DNA of 64,000 bases from Promethearchaeia archaeon (GTDB lineage: Archaea; Asgardarchaeota; Lokiarchaeia; Sigyniarchaeales; SOKP01): assembly GCA_029856045.1 (NCBI GenBank), contig JAHQWG010000028.1, positions 1-64,000 of the forward strand, given 5' to 3'. Of this stretch, positions 1-10,040 are shown in pieces. Made by a program: the position numbers and the translations under genes. Numbering within the stretch: position 1 is the stretch's first letter; every line of letters begins with the position of its first letter. The notes beneath the pieces are model-generated. The model was not told where the DNA came from. It saw only the letters and a list, made by a program, of their open reading frames with translations, and did not search any database.

Positions 1-119
1 GAACATAAGCGAACTTCAACCCATGGATTTTTTTTTGCAATATCTCTTCCACAAATATCACATGGCAGTGGGGGTTTCGGTTCTTTATCAACTTGAAAAA
101 ATTTCTTTATGAAAGACAT
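1..119 (-). CDS. 5' part of a Cys-rich (zinc-finger-like) protein running off the window edge, downstream of ESCRT-III
   Basis: Manual translation from ATG at 119: MSFIKKFFQVDKEPKPPLPCDICGRDIAKKNPWVEVRLC..., open to base 1; CxxC plus a further Cys; 22 bp after the ESCRT-III stop, same strand. Confidence 0.7.
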   Translation of the reverse strand, partial: MSFIKKFFQVDKEPKPPLPCDICGRDIAKKNPWVEVRLC

Positions 120-141
120 TTTTAGATTTTTAATTTAATTT

Positions 142-774
142 TTAGTCATCGGATTCTTTCAATTCTTTAAGCTCACTTTCTAAATCTTTAATTCTTTGAT
201 CCCCACCCACTGTTGGGAGTTGTATTCCTGTTTCAACCGAAATTTCAGCATCAATCTCGCCTAGAACATTCATTACCTCTTCATTTGAGACGGTTGTGTC
301 AACATTAATGTTTTCAATTCCATCTGCAGTAATTTCTTCAGTAACTTGGAAGTCTTCAATTCCGATATCAATATCTTTAATTGTTTCGGTTATTTCTGGA
401 ATAGATATCTGTGATTTTAATCCTGAAACGGAACCAGCTATTGCTTTCATAATTCCAGCAACATCTTTAATTGCGGAGGCTTGTTCTAACTTAAATTGCA
501 ATCCTTCAAGATTTAATTTAAATGTTGAAATTCCTTTTGACCATTTTTTAAATTGTAAATATCCCCGTGCATGTACTTCAGCGCCTTTCATATCTCCTTC
601 TTTTCGTAAATTAACAGCTTTTGTTCTTGCCTGTTTTGCTTTCGCTTCCAGTTTTTTTGCTTGTCTTTCTAAACGCTTGTTAAAGATTTTAAGTTTAACG
701 GTAACGGATCGAATATCTCGATCTTTTGATCTACCCCCACTTAACCAACCACTTACGTCTTTTAGAAAACCCAA
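142..774 (-). CDS. ESCRT-III subunit, Vps2/24/46 (CHMP1-3-like) Snf7 family
   Basis: Basic N-terminal helical hairpin, acidic C-terminal half, MIM1-like end (DLESELKELK); divergent from Vps4. TTG start at 774 (MGFLKDV..) preferred over TTG at 789. Confidence 0.88.
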   Translation of the reverse strand: MGFLKDVSGWLSGGRSKDRDIRSVTVKLKIFNKRLERQAKKLEAKAKQARTKAVNLRKEGDMKGAEVHARGYLQFKKWSKGISTFKLNLEGLQFKLEQASAIKDVAGIMKAIAGSVSGLKSQISIPEITETIKDIDIGIEDFQVTEEITADGIENINVDTTVSNEEVMNVLGEIDAEISVETGIQLPTVGGDQRIKDLESELKELKESDD

Positions 775-934
775 AATGATTCTACTCAATTATTTTAAAA
801 TTAATCTTCTTAAAATTACTTAAGAATTAAATATTTATTTTAATATATATCTTAAAAAATATTTAAGATATTTCAATCTATTTTTATAAGTAGAGATATC
901 TTAAAAAATATATTCTGTTGAGAGTAAAAATTAT

Positions 935-2152
935 ATGAGCTCTTTAGATTCTAAGTTGTTTTCTTTTGCAATGAAAGAAGCAAAAGAAGCAGTTGAGTAT
1001 GATAAAAAAGCTGAGTATCAAAAAGCGATCAATAAATATAGTAGAGCCGCTGAAATATTAATCCAATTTGCAAAATACAATAAAAATCCAAGTTTGCAAA
1101 AACTATGCCAAGAAAAAATTCACGAATATGTCTCCCGTGCTAAGACATTAAAAAGGAGTTTGAAACCTTATAAATCAGGAAGGATTTCAACCCATAAGAG
1201 AGTAACTAAAAAGGGAGAAGATTCAGAAGAAATCGAAGAAGAGGAGATTTTAACCAAAGAGCAACAAGAACTTAGAGAAGTTATTTCAGGAACAATCGTC
1301 ACCGAATTACCTAATATTCGATGGGATAATATTGCAGGATTAGTGGAATGCAAACAATCTCTTAGAGAAGCAATAGTTTTGCCTATTATGAGACCAGAAT
1401 TATTTATCGGCGTAAGAAAACCATGGTCTGGTATTCTTTTATATGGTCCTCCTGGTTGTGGAAAAACTCTGCTCGCTCAAGCGGCAGCAACGGAATGTGA
1501 AGCAACTTTTTTTAGTGCATCAGCTGCTGAATTATTATCAAAATGGCTTGGGGAAAGTGAGAAATTAATTAGTTCATTATTTAAATTAGCAAGACTTGAA
1601 GCACCAAGTATCATATTTTTTGATGAAATTGATTCTATCACGACTTCAAGGGGATATGGTTCAGAAAGTGGTGGAGAGAGAAGAATTAAAACTCAATTAT
1701 TAGGTGAAATTCAAGGTCTTAAATCAAGGACTGATAAATTACTTTTAATTTTAGGTGCAACAAATCGACCTTGGGATATTGATACAGCAATGTTGCGAAG
1801 ATTTGAGAAAAAGATTTATGTCCCTATCCCAGATGAAGAAGCGAGAGAAGCAATTTTTAAAATACATACAGCTGGGGTAAATCTTTCACTTACAGATGAT
1901 GATTTTAGGGAACTTGGAGAAATAACTGCGGGATATTCTGGATCTGATATTGCTAATGTCTGTAGAGAAGTGATTATGAGACCGATAAGAGAGTTAGATA
2001 TGAGTGGAAAAATAACTGCCGAAGCAGAGGAAATTATCGTTAGAGATGTAAATATAGAAGATTTTTACAAAACACTTAAAAAAATAAAACCAATTGTATC
2101 TGAAAAAGAAATAAAGAGATACCATGAGTGGTTTGAACAATTTGGTGAATGA
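935..2152 (+). CDS. vps4: Vps4 AAA+ ATPase with N-terminal MIT domain
   Basis: MIT helices (AKEAVEYDKK..Y..A), Walker A GPPGCGKT, pore loop SKWLGESEK, Walker B IIFFDEID, ATNRPWDID..RRFEK, Vps4_C-like end. Confidence 0.95.
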   Translation: MSSLDSKLFSFAMKEAKEAVEYDKKAEYQKAINKYSRAAEILIQFAKYNKNPSLQKLCQEKIHEYVSRAKTLKRSLKPYKSGRISTHKRVTKKGEDSEEIEEEEILTKEQQELREVISGTIVTELPNIRWDNIAGLVECKQSLREAIVLPIMRPELFIGVRKPWSGILLYGPPGCGKTLLAQAAATECEATFFSASAAELLSKWLGESEKLISSLFKLARLEAPSIIFFDEIDSITTSRGYGSESGGERRIKTQLLGEIQGLKSRTDKLLLILGATNRPWDIDTAMLRRFEKKIYVPIPDEEAREAIFKIHTAGVNLSLTDDDFRELGEITAGYSGSDIANVCREVIMRPIRELDMSGKITAEAEEIIVRDVNIEDFYKTLKKIKPIVSEKEIKRYHEWFEQFGE

Positions 2153-2181
2153 TAAATTAAAATTAGGGGCATCCTTAAAAG

Positions 2182-3063
2182 ATGGAAAGACAAAAAGCTA
2201 AAGAAGTCCCAAAAGAAGAAATTGCTGTATCAGATGAAAAAATTGAAGAACTAAGGAAAGAATTAGAAAGTCTTAAAAAAAAAAAAGAATTAAAAATTAA
2301 AGCAGAACAACAAAAGGTTAAGGAAAAAATCGAACCAACAATTTCTATTGATTTAGATGATATAGAGAAAAGATTAGATGCTATAGAAGAATTTCTTGAA
2401 GAAAAAACTCAAAAACCTGAGGTTCTAATTAAAACAAAAGATTTAGATGAGATTGAGAAAGAACTTCAGTCTATCGAAAATGAAATTGTAATTGAACCAA
2501 AGGTTATAGAAAAGGAATTAACATCTTATGAAAAACTCATAAAAGAGCATCCATGGCTTGAAGAAACTAGATATGAATATATGTTTTCTGCTCCAGATAA
2601 AAAGAAAAATGAAAAAGATTATCAATCCTGGATAGATGAGTGGAGCCAAGTAATTTATGATTATGCCCGAATATCTGTATTACACGTTCTTTATACTAGA
2701 AAATTAAATGCTGAGAAACCATTTTCTAAATTACGCAGTAGAGATGGTGCAATCGCAGCAATAGCTCAAAAATTAGTAGAGCAAAATATTGGAATATGGT
2801 TAAATAAAAAAAAGAAAGAAGCAATAAGAATTTATTGGAAAACTTTGGACGAATGGGCAGAAGAAATACTTGAATGGGCACAAAAAAACGGTAAATTAGA
2901 ACCAATTCTAACTTTTGAAATTAGAGAATCTGGAATGATGTTCGCAGAATTACCAAAAAGGGATTTAACAAGGATATTTAAAAATTTAGAAAAAGAGGGT
3001 AAAGGAGAAGTAATTAAATCTGAAGAGGGAGATATAACTTTTAAAATAAATTTAAATTATTAG
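2182..3063 (+). CDS. vps25: ESCRT-II Vps25-like protein with long charged coiled-coil N-terminal extension
   Basis: C-terminal tandem winged helices with Vps25-type motifs (W..EWSQVIYDY; IYWKTLDEWAEEILEWAQKNG; ILTFEI; LEKEGKGEVI); between vps4 and an EAP30 gene. Confidence 0.8.
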   Translation: MERQKAKEVPKEEIAVSDEKIEELRKELESLKKKKELKIKAEQQKVKEKIEPTISIDLDDIEKRLDAIEEFLEEKTQKPEVLIKTKDLDEIEKELQSIENEIVIEPKVIEKELTSYEKLIKEHPWLEETRYEYMFSAPDKKKNEKDYQSWIDEWSQVIYDYARISVLHVLYTRKLNAEKPFSKLRSRDGAIAAIAQKLVEQNIGIWLNKKKKEAIRIYWKTLDEWAEEILEWAQKNGKLEPILTFEIRESGMMFAELPKRDLTRIFKNLEKEGKGEVIKSEEGDITFKINLNY

Positions 3064-3064
3064 G

Positions 3065-3781
3065 CTATGAAATCGAAGGAAAATACCACTTTTTACCTCT
3101 TAAGTAGGAATCGTCTTTTTTGGCAAAACCACTAGCTTCTAAAGATTTTAATGCCCTTAATGCTCTTTCTTGAGACCATGATAATTCTGAGCATGCATCT
3201 TCTAAAGAAATAAAACCCTTTTCTGAAGCTAATGAAATAATTTTTGCTTCATCATCGGTATGTTGAATAGAGAAAAATGTAACTTCAATAACTCCATTAT
3301 CAAGCTCTCGAACATTAGGAATTACTTTATTTTTCTTTAAGAGATACATTGCTTTAATTACATCTTCAATCTCTAGATGATTCACGAGAATACCTGTATT
3401 CACAATTTCAAATATGTCAGAGATCGGCATAATTCCCCCAGTCTCTTCTTTTTCCATTAAAACTCTTTGGTATGCTAACATGCCTAATTTTTCATGATCA
3501 ATTTTTCTCTTTTTCCTCAAGACGTCAATTTCTTCAATTCTTTCAGTAATAATTCGCGAAGTAGGAATATCAAATTTCTTCTGAAGTTCTTTAATTTCAT
3601 TTCTTAATTCGGGATCTAAAGCAAGAATTACTCCATGTTTGATTGCAATTTCTCTTATTTTGTCTTTGGCAAATTCTCTTGTTTTTGCTTCTTCTTTAAG
3701 TTCTTTTTGTTTTAACTCTATGGCCTTCCTCTTCATTGCCTCTTTTAGATCAATATCATCCTCTATTTTGCGAATCCCCAT
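3065..3781 (-). CDS. ESCRT-II Vps22/36-like (EAP30 family) protein
   Basis: MGIRKI N-terminus; ETGGIMPISDIF, DDEAKIISLASEKGFIS, LSWSQERALRALKSLEASG, WYFPS resemble SNF8/Vps22 tandem winged helices. Confidence 0.87.
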   Translation of the reverse strand: MGIRKIEDDIDLKEAMKRKAIELKQKELKEEAKTREFAKDKIREIAIKHGVILALDPELRNEIKELQKKFDIPTSRIITERIEEIDVLRKKRKIDHEKLGMLAYQRVLMEKEETGGIMPISDIFEIVNTGILVNHLEIEDVIKAMYLLKKNKVIPNVRELDNGVIEVTFFSIQHTDDEAKIISLASEKGFISLEDACSELSWSQERALRALKSLEASGFAKKDDSYLRGKKWYFPSIS

Positions 3782-3886
3782 ATAATTCTGCGACTTTTTT
3801 ATTTACACTTACTTTTAATTTTTAATATTATAATTATATAAAAATAATAAGATTATTTTTTCTTTTCCCTTTATTAATTTTAGATA

Positions 3887-4471
3887 ATGCCCAAATTTGA
3901 AGAAATTTTTCGAAAAACAAATGAAAATGAGAAAAAAATTGTTAAAAATTCTCTGTATAATATATCTAACAAGATTTGGGAATATATTCTCGAAGAAAAA
4001 TATGAAATTTATATTAAAATCTCAGAATCGAAACAGAATAAGACCTCTTTTGAATTATTTTTAATTCCCCAACAATTGGAGTCAGAAATAAATAAAATTA
4101 AAAACCTTACACCAATAAATTTTGCAGGAATTCCATTGGGGTTTATTAAAAATAAGCGATTGTTTTTAAGTTTAGAAACGGCCGAATTGCTTTTCAATTT
4201 ACATAAAATAGATCCTAGGATTATTTTGATCCTTAATGAAAATGGGGAAAAATCTGTATTATATGGAAATCCAATAAAAAAAAGTATGATTTTAGAGATT
4301 TCTTCTGAAATTCAGGCAAATCGGATAATATTCTTAATTAATAAAAATCAAGAGTTTCTCGGTCTTGGATTATTAAAAGTCAATTACGAGAAATATAAAA
4401 AATTAAAGAATAATGATAATCTTGCATTAAATTTGGTTGATAAAGGTTCTTATTTAAGAAGAGATCAATAA
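3887..4471 (+). CDS. NIP7-like PUA-domain ribosome biogenesis protein
   Basis: GIPLG..K..LFLSLE, GEKSVLYGNPI, FLGLG, NLVDKGSYLRR resemble NIP7/PUA family. Confidence 0.75.
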   Translation: MPKFEEIFRKTNENEKKIVKNSLYNISNKIWEYILEEKYEIYIKISESKQNKTSFELFLIPQQLESEINKIKNLTPINFAGIPLGFIKNKRLFLSLETAELLFNLHKIDPRIILILNENGEKSVLYGNPIKKSMILEISSEIQANRIIFLINKNQEFLGLGLLKVNYEKYKKLKNNDNLALNLVDKGSYLRRDQ

Positions 4472-4667
4472 TTAAAAGGAAATTGAAAAATAGATAAGTG
4501 TGTAAATTATTAAATAAATATATTAAACTCGCATTTATTAGATGAGCGGTTATTATGGATTTGGCAGCTTGATAGCATTATTGATTGCTATTTGGCTAAT
4601 GCAGAAATAATTACACTCTGAAATATCAAGTACATAATCTTTATGAAATATTTAAGAGTGAACTTTT

Positions 4668-4775
4668 ATGAAAGAAAAAGCTCAAATTGAAATAATTGTA
4701 AATGAGGATAAATGTTCTGGATGTTTGATTTGCCAATTACACCATTTTACTCATTATAAATTCCATGAAGGATAA
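4668..4775 (+). pseudogene. truncated 4Fe-4S ferredoxin remnant
   Basis: Manual translation MKEKAQIEIIVNEDKCSGCLICQLHHFTHYKFHEG*: CxxCxxC ferredoxin start, fourth Cys and second motif absent. Confidence 0.5.
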
Positions 4776-4873
4776 TTTAATTAATATAATCTATTATATA
4801 AGGCTTCTTTATGAAGTCATCTCAGTTAATTCAAAACTTAATGATTTTATAGCAATTCCTGCTAAATTCACCA

Positions 4874-5464
4874 TTATTCCTTTTTTCTTTTTAGTAGGTA
4901 CCATCGAGTTTTATGAGTTAAAGGAAATTTACCGCCTTTTACAGATTGAACATTTTCGATTGAAACAAATACATTAGGATTAATGTTTTTGATAATTTCA
5001 AGTACAGCTAATTGATTTTTACGTTTTATAATCATAACAACTAATTTAACATTCCCTTTTATCCCTTCTGCTGTTAAAGTTGTTAATCCATATCCCTTCT
5101 CTTTTAAAATTTTTATTAATTTATCTGGATCATCTCTTACTATTAAATGCAAGCTCAATAATCCCAAAGACAATTTATTTTCTACAATTAATCCAATGTA
5201 ATTACCTGTAGCAAATCCTCCAGCGTAAGCAAAATAATAGAGAATATTAGTTAAATTACTGAAAATCTGTCCTACTGCGAGAAGCCAAATGAATATTTCA
5301 AAAAATCCCACAATTGGGGCTAGCTTACGTTTTCCTTGTGATATAAATACTATCCTTAAGGTACCTAATGATACATCTGCAACTCGAGCTAAAAAAATTA
5401 ATATAGGGAGGATAATTAAAGCAAAAAAAGGATCGTTTATTAATTCAATTAAAGACAATAACAT
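4874..5464 (-). CDS. UPF0316/DUF2179 membrane protein
   Basis: IFLARVADVSLGTLR, GFFEIFIWL, YAGGFATGNYIG plus C-terminal PII-like ferredoxin-fold segment. Confidence 0.88.
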   Translation of the reverse strand: MLLSLIELINDPFFALIILPILIFLARVADVSLGTLRIVFISQGKRKLAPIVGFFEIFIWLLAVGQIFSNLTNILYYFAYAGGFATGNYIGLIVENKLSLGLLSLHLIVRDDPDKLIKILKEKGYGLTTLTAEGIKGNVKLVVMIIKRKNQLAVLEIIKNINPNVFVSIENVQSVKGGKFPLTHKTRWYLLKRKKE

Positions 5465-5698
5465 TTTTTTTCAAACGATTTTTTTTAAATTAAATTAACT
5501 AAATAATAAAGTAAATTTTTCGAAATTAATTAAGTAAGCTTTTTACACGTTTGACCAAAAGAATTTTAAACTTATCTTGTTTTTTAATATAATTAATTAT
5601 TTATGCTTGAGGTATTTGATATTACCTAATGCCATTTTTAATTCCTCAACAAAATAGCCTGTCTCTCTTAAACTAGTCATAAAACTACAAAATGCAAG

Positions 5699-5735
5699 AT
5701 TTTCTCTTGAGTGGGTTGTCCACTCAAGAGAAAAT
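5699..5735. repeat. perfect 16-bp inverted repeat (hairpin), possible terminator or mobile-element scar
   Basis: attttctcttgagtgg-gttgt-ccactcaagagaaaat; about 75 bp downstream of the RsmB/NOP2 stop. Confidence 0.75.
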
Positions 5736-5809
5736 AAAAGAATTAGGATTGGAAAAATATACTTAAGAGTAAAATTTTCTTTATTATATTCTTTATTTTA
5801 ATATAAATT

Positions 5810-6754
5810 TTAAATTCGTTCTAATAGACAGTAAAAAAATCCCTCAGAATCGTGTATATGAGGATATATTCTTTGAGAATGCTTTAAATCAGGATGAAAA
5901 TTATATTTTTCAAATTTTTCTATACCAGGTATTCCAATTTGGTCTTTTATCTTTAAAATTTTTGCACTTTTATATTGATTTAAAACGGAATCTATAACCA
6001 TTTCATTTTCCTCAGGTGCAATCGAGCAAGTGCTATATACCAGACGGCCGCCTTTCTTAAGGGAATCCAAACCTGAGATTAATAACTTAAATTGAATCTT
6101 ACTTAACTTCTTAATATCTTTTAATGTTCGACTTGTCTTTCTTTTCGGATCTCGTCGAATTAAACCTTCACCTGTGCAGGGAGCATCCAACAAAATCTTA
6201 TCAGCCTTGATATCCATTTTTGGTAAATCAATAGCATCCTGATTAATAACAATAGAGTTATATACTCCTAATCGTGATAGGTTAGTATTCAATGCAGGAA
6301 TCCGATTAAGATTTTTATCTATTAAGATTAATTTTCCTTTATTTTCCATCAATTGAGCAATTTGAGTAGATTTACTACCAGGAGCAGCACACATATCAAT
6401 AACTGTTTCTCCCGGTTTAGGGTCTAATACATGGCAAGGAACCATTGAAGAAAAACTTTGTAAATAGTAATAACCCTGCAAAAATTCATGCAATGAACCT
6501 AAATTCATTGGACTTTTAATTATTTTAAATCCATAGGGTATCCAAGAGAGGGGTTTCAAAACAAATCCTTTTTTTTGTAGCCTATTGATTAAATCATCAA
6601 TCCTTATTTTCAAAGTATTAATTCTTATCGTTGGAATAAGAGGTTTCTCATTAGCTTCAAGTAATTTTAAAGTATCTTCTTTACCCAAAAATTTTATGTA
6701 ACGTTCAATCATATAGGGTAAATAACCATATTTCTTTGCAATTGAAATAATCAT
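5810..6754 (-). CDS. RsmB/NOP2/Sun family RNA m5C methyltransferase
   Basis: DMCAAPGSKS, ILLDAPCTGEG, LVYSTCSIAPEENE, EGFF motifs. Confidence 0.93.
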   Translation of the reverse strand: MIISIAKKYGYLPYMIERYIKFLGKEDTLKLLEANEKPLIPTIRINTLKIRIDDLINRLQKKGFVLKPLSWIPYGFKIIKSPMNLGSLHEFLQGYYYLQSFSSMVPCHVLDPKPGETVIDMCAAPGSKSTQIAQLMENKGKLILIDKNLNRIPALNTNLSRLGVYNSIVINQDAIDLPKMDIKADKILLDAPCTGEGLIRRDPKRKTSRTLKDIKKLSKIQFKLLISGLDSLKKGGRLVYSTCSIAPEENEMVIDSVLNQYKSAKILKIKDQIGIPGIEKFEKYNFHPDLKHSQRIYPHIHDSEGFFYCLLERI

Positions 6755-6826
6755 GATCTAATCAAATCTAAATCTTATCAACAAATTTAAATAAGAGGTG
6801 GGAAAGAAAAAATTTTACCTTTTATT

Positions 6827-8140
6827 TTAACACTTATTCTTTTTGATTTTATTACGAGCGCTCGGTAAATATTTTTTAATCTTTTTAATCCAACCTAATG
6901 GAATAGCTGTATTTTTAGAAATTTCTTTATTATCTCTATGTTCTAATTGATCGAAATAAAAATAGCCATTTTTGATTAATTGAGCTAATCTCTTAGTACC
7001 CAGATACTTTATGCAATCTTTATATTTCCTTAAACTTAACGTATGAATCAATTTTTCTGCTTGAGCCGGGAAATGGGAAATATACCATTTAAGATTTTTA
7101 TCAGTAATTTCAATATAATCTTTTCCCAGTTGTTCGTCAGTATATATATTAAAACCCAATCGTGCCAAATTTTCTCTAATTGTGGGAATATTTACATTCA
7201 ATTTTTTTCTTAATTGAGTTATATCATATTTTTTTTCAATTGATGAAAGCTCATTAATGAATTTAAATATAAATTTTGTTTCAGGAGAACTTTCGATATT
7301 ATTTTGAAAAAATTGAATTTCATTCTTAGAGTTTAAATAATACTCCTCTAATTCCTGATATTCTTCAAATTCACTCTCAGTCTTTTGGAGTATATTTTTG
7401 ATTTGACTCCTTTTTAAAACTCTAGATTCTTCTAATTCCTCAAACTCACTATCGATTTTTTGAAATATTTTTGTTATTTGTTGCTGAATATCTTCAATTC
7501 CGTTATTAATATTTTCTATACAATCATGAACTTCTTTTTTAGAGATAGAATAAAGACCATCTTCTTCTTTATTTTTAATTTTAGAAATAAATGAGAAATG
7601 CTTAGAGTAAAAATCTCTACCCAAAACCAGTTGAGATATATTTTCATTTTCATTCTTTTTTAACTCAATATCTAATCCAATTTCAGATGATTCATATTGC
7701 TTAATCCTTTGGTTAAATACATCTATGTTATTTACACTAAAAGTTCCTAAGATTAAATTAAATTCACCTTGATTGAGATTAATAATAAGGTGATCTTCAA
7801 CTATAGGAACATTATTGCTCCTTTCGATTAAAATATTATATATCTTTCTTAATAAAATCATAAGGGGTATAGTTTTAAAGCCGTCGATTTTGATCTCGTC
7901 TTTATAAACACCGTTCCATAACTCTTTATTTAAGCTGAAATCAAAATTTATTCCTTCTAATTTTTCTATATTTTTTTGAAGTTCAAGTGAAATATTTTGA
8001 AATTCTTTTAAGTTATCTCCTAATTCTTGTATCTGTGCTCCCAAATTATGATTTAATAAATCCTTATCTACAAGAAATTTTTCTACTTCTTTAAATTCCA
8101 TAAAAAAAAAGTCTAAATATTCGGTTTCCATAAAAATCAA
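6827..8140 (-). CDS. hypothetical coiled-coil protein with possible C-terminal helix-hairpin-helix domain
   Basis: 437-aa ORF; acidic coiled coil; C-terminal IKYLGTKRLAQLIKNGY..DQL..EISKNTAIP pattern resembles HhH_5. Confidence 0.6.
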   Translation of the reverse strand: MIFMETEYLDFFFMEFKEVEKFLVDKDLLNHNLGAQIQELGDNLKEFQNISLELQKNIEKLEGINFDFSLNKELWNGVYKDEIKIDGFKTIPLMILLRKIYNILIERSNNVPIVEDHLIINLNQGEFNLILGTFSVNNIDVFNQRIKQYESSEIGLDIELKKNENENISQLVLGRDFYSKHFSFISKIKNKEEDGLYSISKKEVHDCIENINNGIEDIQQQITKIFQKIDSEFEELEESRVLKRSQIKNILQKTESEFEEYQELEEYYLNSKNEIQFFQNNIESSPETKFIFKFINELSSIEKKYDITQLRKKLNVNIPTIRENLARLGFNIYTDEQLGKDYIEITDKNLKWYISHFPAQAEKLIHTLSLRKYKDCIKYLGTKRLAQLIKNGYFYFDQLEHRDNKEISKNTAIPLGWIKKIKKYLPSARNKIKKNKC

Positions 8141-8277
8141 ATAATTTTTTTCTAATATTTTTACATATTATTCACAATCAGAAATTTTTATTGATATAAT
8201 ACGTGAATATTTTACATTTGAACAAAATACAAATAGTAGTATTTTATTAGTTTTACTATCAGTTAGGTATTTTTTCA

Positions 8278-8871
8278 ATGTTTGAAGTGGAAATAAAAAT
8301 ATTATTGGAAAATAAAAAAAAAATCAAAGAGAAATTAATTTCAATGGGCGGAAAATATATTTATTCACTTAGACATGAGGATACTTATTATAATATGCCT
8401 AAAAAACTTAGAAACTTTTATAGAACTGATGAGGCATTAAGGATAAGAAAATCTATTGAGTATAATGTAAATAATCTTAAAGATAAAAAAATTTTAAGAT
8501 TTTTTACTTATAAAGGACCAAAAGTTGATGATTTAACAAAAACGAGGAAAGAAATAGATTTTAGAGTGGAAGATGAAAAAAAATTAAAGGAGATTTTAAA
8601 AATCTTGGGTTTTAGAGAAGTATATACTATAAAAAAAGAAAGAGAATTGTTCGAAATTGAATACTATTCAGAAAAATTTGAGATATTATTTGACTATTTA
8701 CCTGTATTAAATCAATATTTTATGGAAATAGAATGTCAAACTGAAAAAAAAAATGAAATATCTCTAAAGAGGGATAAAATTTTCAAATTATTAAAAAATT
8801 TAGATATAAGCAAGGACCAGTCAATTAGGAAATCATATTTGGAACTAGTTCTTGAAAAATTATCTAAATAA
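8278..8871 (+). CDS. cyaB: CYTH-domain class IV adenylate cyclase-like protein
   Basis: EVEIK start, HEDTYY, DEALRIR, TYKGPK, RKE, KERE, FMEIE, KSYLEL. Confidence 0.88.
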   Translation: MFEVEIKILLENKKKIKEKLISMGGKYIYSLRHEDTYYNMPKKLRNFYRTDEALRIRKSIEYNVNNLKDKKILRFFTYKGPKVDDLTKTRKEIDFRVEDEKKLKEILKILGFREVYTIKKERELFEIEYYSEKFEILFDYLPVLNQYFMEIECQTEKKNEISLKRDKIFKLLKNLDISKDQSIRKSYLELVLEKLSK

Positions 8872-8911
8872 ATCAAACTGTTTTTAATAAATCATATAGA
8901 TGTAAATTACA

Positions 8912-9544
8912 TTATAATAGTTCTTCTTTAAGTTTTGAATTGAATAAATCTACAATTTTCTTTTTCTCAAAAGCCATTTCTTTAGATTTTTTTAAATACA
9001 ACTGTTCATTTAACTTGAGAATCTTTTCTTGCAGATGTTTTAAAACTCCATTTACACCCGTTCCATGGTCTATTTGATAAGCAATTGTACGATAAATTCC
9101 AATTGCCCCGATTGCATCTAATTTATCAGCATCACTCAGAATTTTAGCTTCAATTGTCTGAGGTTCAATTTTATTTGAAAATGAATGTGCTCTAATGCAA
9201 TGTATGATTCTTGAAATAATAGAAGATTCTAAATTTATATATTGTCGCAAATATTTTTCTGCAATTTGAGCTGAAATTTCAGCATGATTTACATCCTTTT
9301 TAAGGTTTAAAAACAAATTATCATCATAATTAACCCCTTCCGATAAACGACCAATATCATGAAGCAACGTAGAAATTTTTACAATAAATGAATTACAATT
9401 CTCCGATTTTGATAAAACTTCAGCGATTTTTAGGACTCGCATCACATGGGGAAATCCATGAATATCATCATCGGAATAATACTTTTTTACAAAATCCAAT
9501 GTTCTTTGAAAAATTTGAGGTTGATCCATTTGTAAGATATACAA
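8912..9544 (-). CDS. HD-domain phosphohydrolase
   Basis: HGFPHVMRV, LLHDIG, HSFS, SDADKLDAIGAIGIYR. Confidence 0.88.
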   Translation of the reverse strand: MYILQMDQPQIFQRTLDFVKKYYSDDDIHGFPHVMRVLKIAEVLSKSENCNSFIVKISTLLHDIGRLSEGVNYDDNLFLNLKKDVNHAEISAQIAEKYLRQYINLESSIISRIIHCIRAHSFSNKIEPQTIEAKILSDADKLDAIGAIGIYRTIAYQIDHGTGVNGVLKHLQEKILKLNEQLYLKKSKEMAFEKKKIVDLFNSKLKEELL

Positions 9545-9644
9545 AATTTTAAGAATATAATCAATAATTTTAATAAATTAATTTAATTTATTATTCTCAA
9601 GTTAATTTCTCTTGTTATTAAATTTTTAATAAGTTAAGAATAAT

Positions 9645-9887
9645 ATGTGCTTAGCAATTCCCGGTAAGATTTTAGAGGTTAATGGTGATAAAGCCAACGT
9701 GGATTTTAATGGCGTGAAACGTGATGTCATCATAGCCTTAGTAAAAGATGCAAAAGTTGGAAAATATGTTTTAGTTCATGCAGGTTACGCTATAGAATTA
9801 ATAAATGAAGAAGAAGCTCAGGAAACTCTTAAACTCTGGAAAAATATTGTTGAAGAAGAGGGTTTAGATGAATCCCTCTTTTTTTGA
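9645..9887 (+). CDS. hypC: hydrogenase maturation chaperone HypC
   Basis: MCLAIPGKI, VGKYVLVHAGYAI. Confidence 0.95.
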   Translation: MCLAIPGKILEVNGDKANVDFNGVKRDVIIALVKDAKVGKYVLVHAGYAIELINEEEAQETLKLWKNIVEEEGLDESLFF

Positions 9888-9900
9888 TTGTTTTTTTCTC

Positions 9901-10040
9901 TTAATTCAGTGCGAATAAATTTTAATTCTTGAACCGTTATAGCAGGATATCCTTTTGGCTTTAGATATTTTTTATAGGTTATAAGAAACATTCTCATCTA
10001 ATAAAAAACTCGATTTATGAGATGATGGCAGTTTTTTCAT
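9901..10040 (-). pseudogene. decayed DUF5615/PIN-like toxin (frameshifted, truncated)
   Basis: ATG at 10040 overlapping the DUF433 end: MKKLPSSHKSSFLLDENVSYNL*, continuing in a shifted frame KKYLKPKGYPAITVQELK; FLLDEN..L...L...G is the DUF5615 N-terminus. Confidence 0.65.

Noticed and set aside
296-823. 175-aa + strand ORF, and similar antisense or nested ORFs (e.g. 32604-33065, 35510-35920, 38609-38938, 40199-40570, 50383-50793, 51513-51932)
   Set aside because: Shadow frames of well-supported genes, with no recognisable motifs
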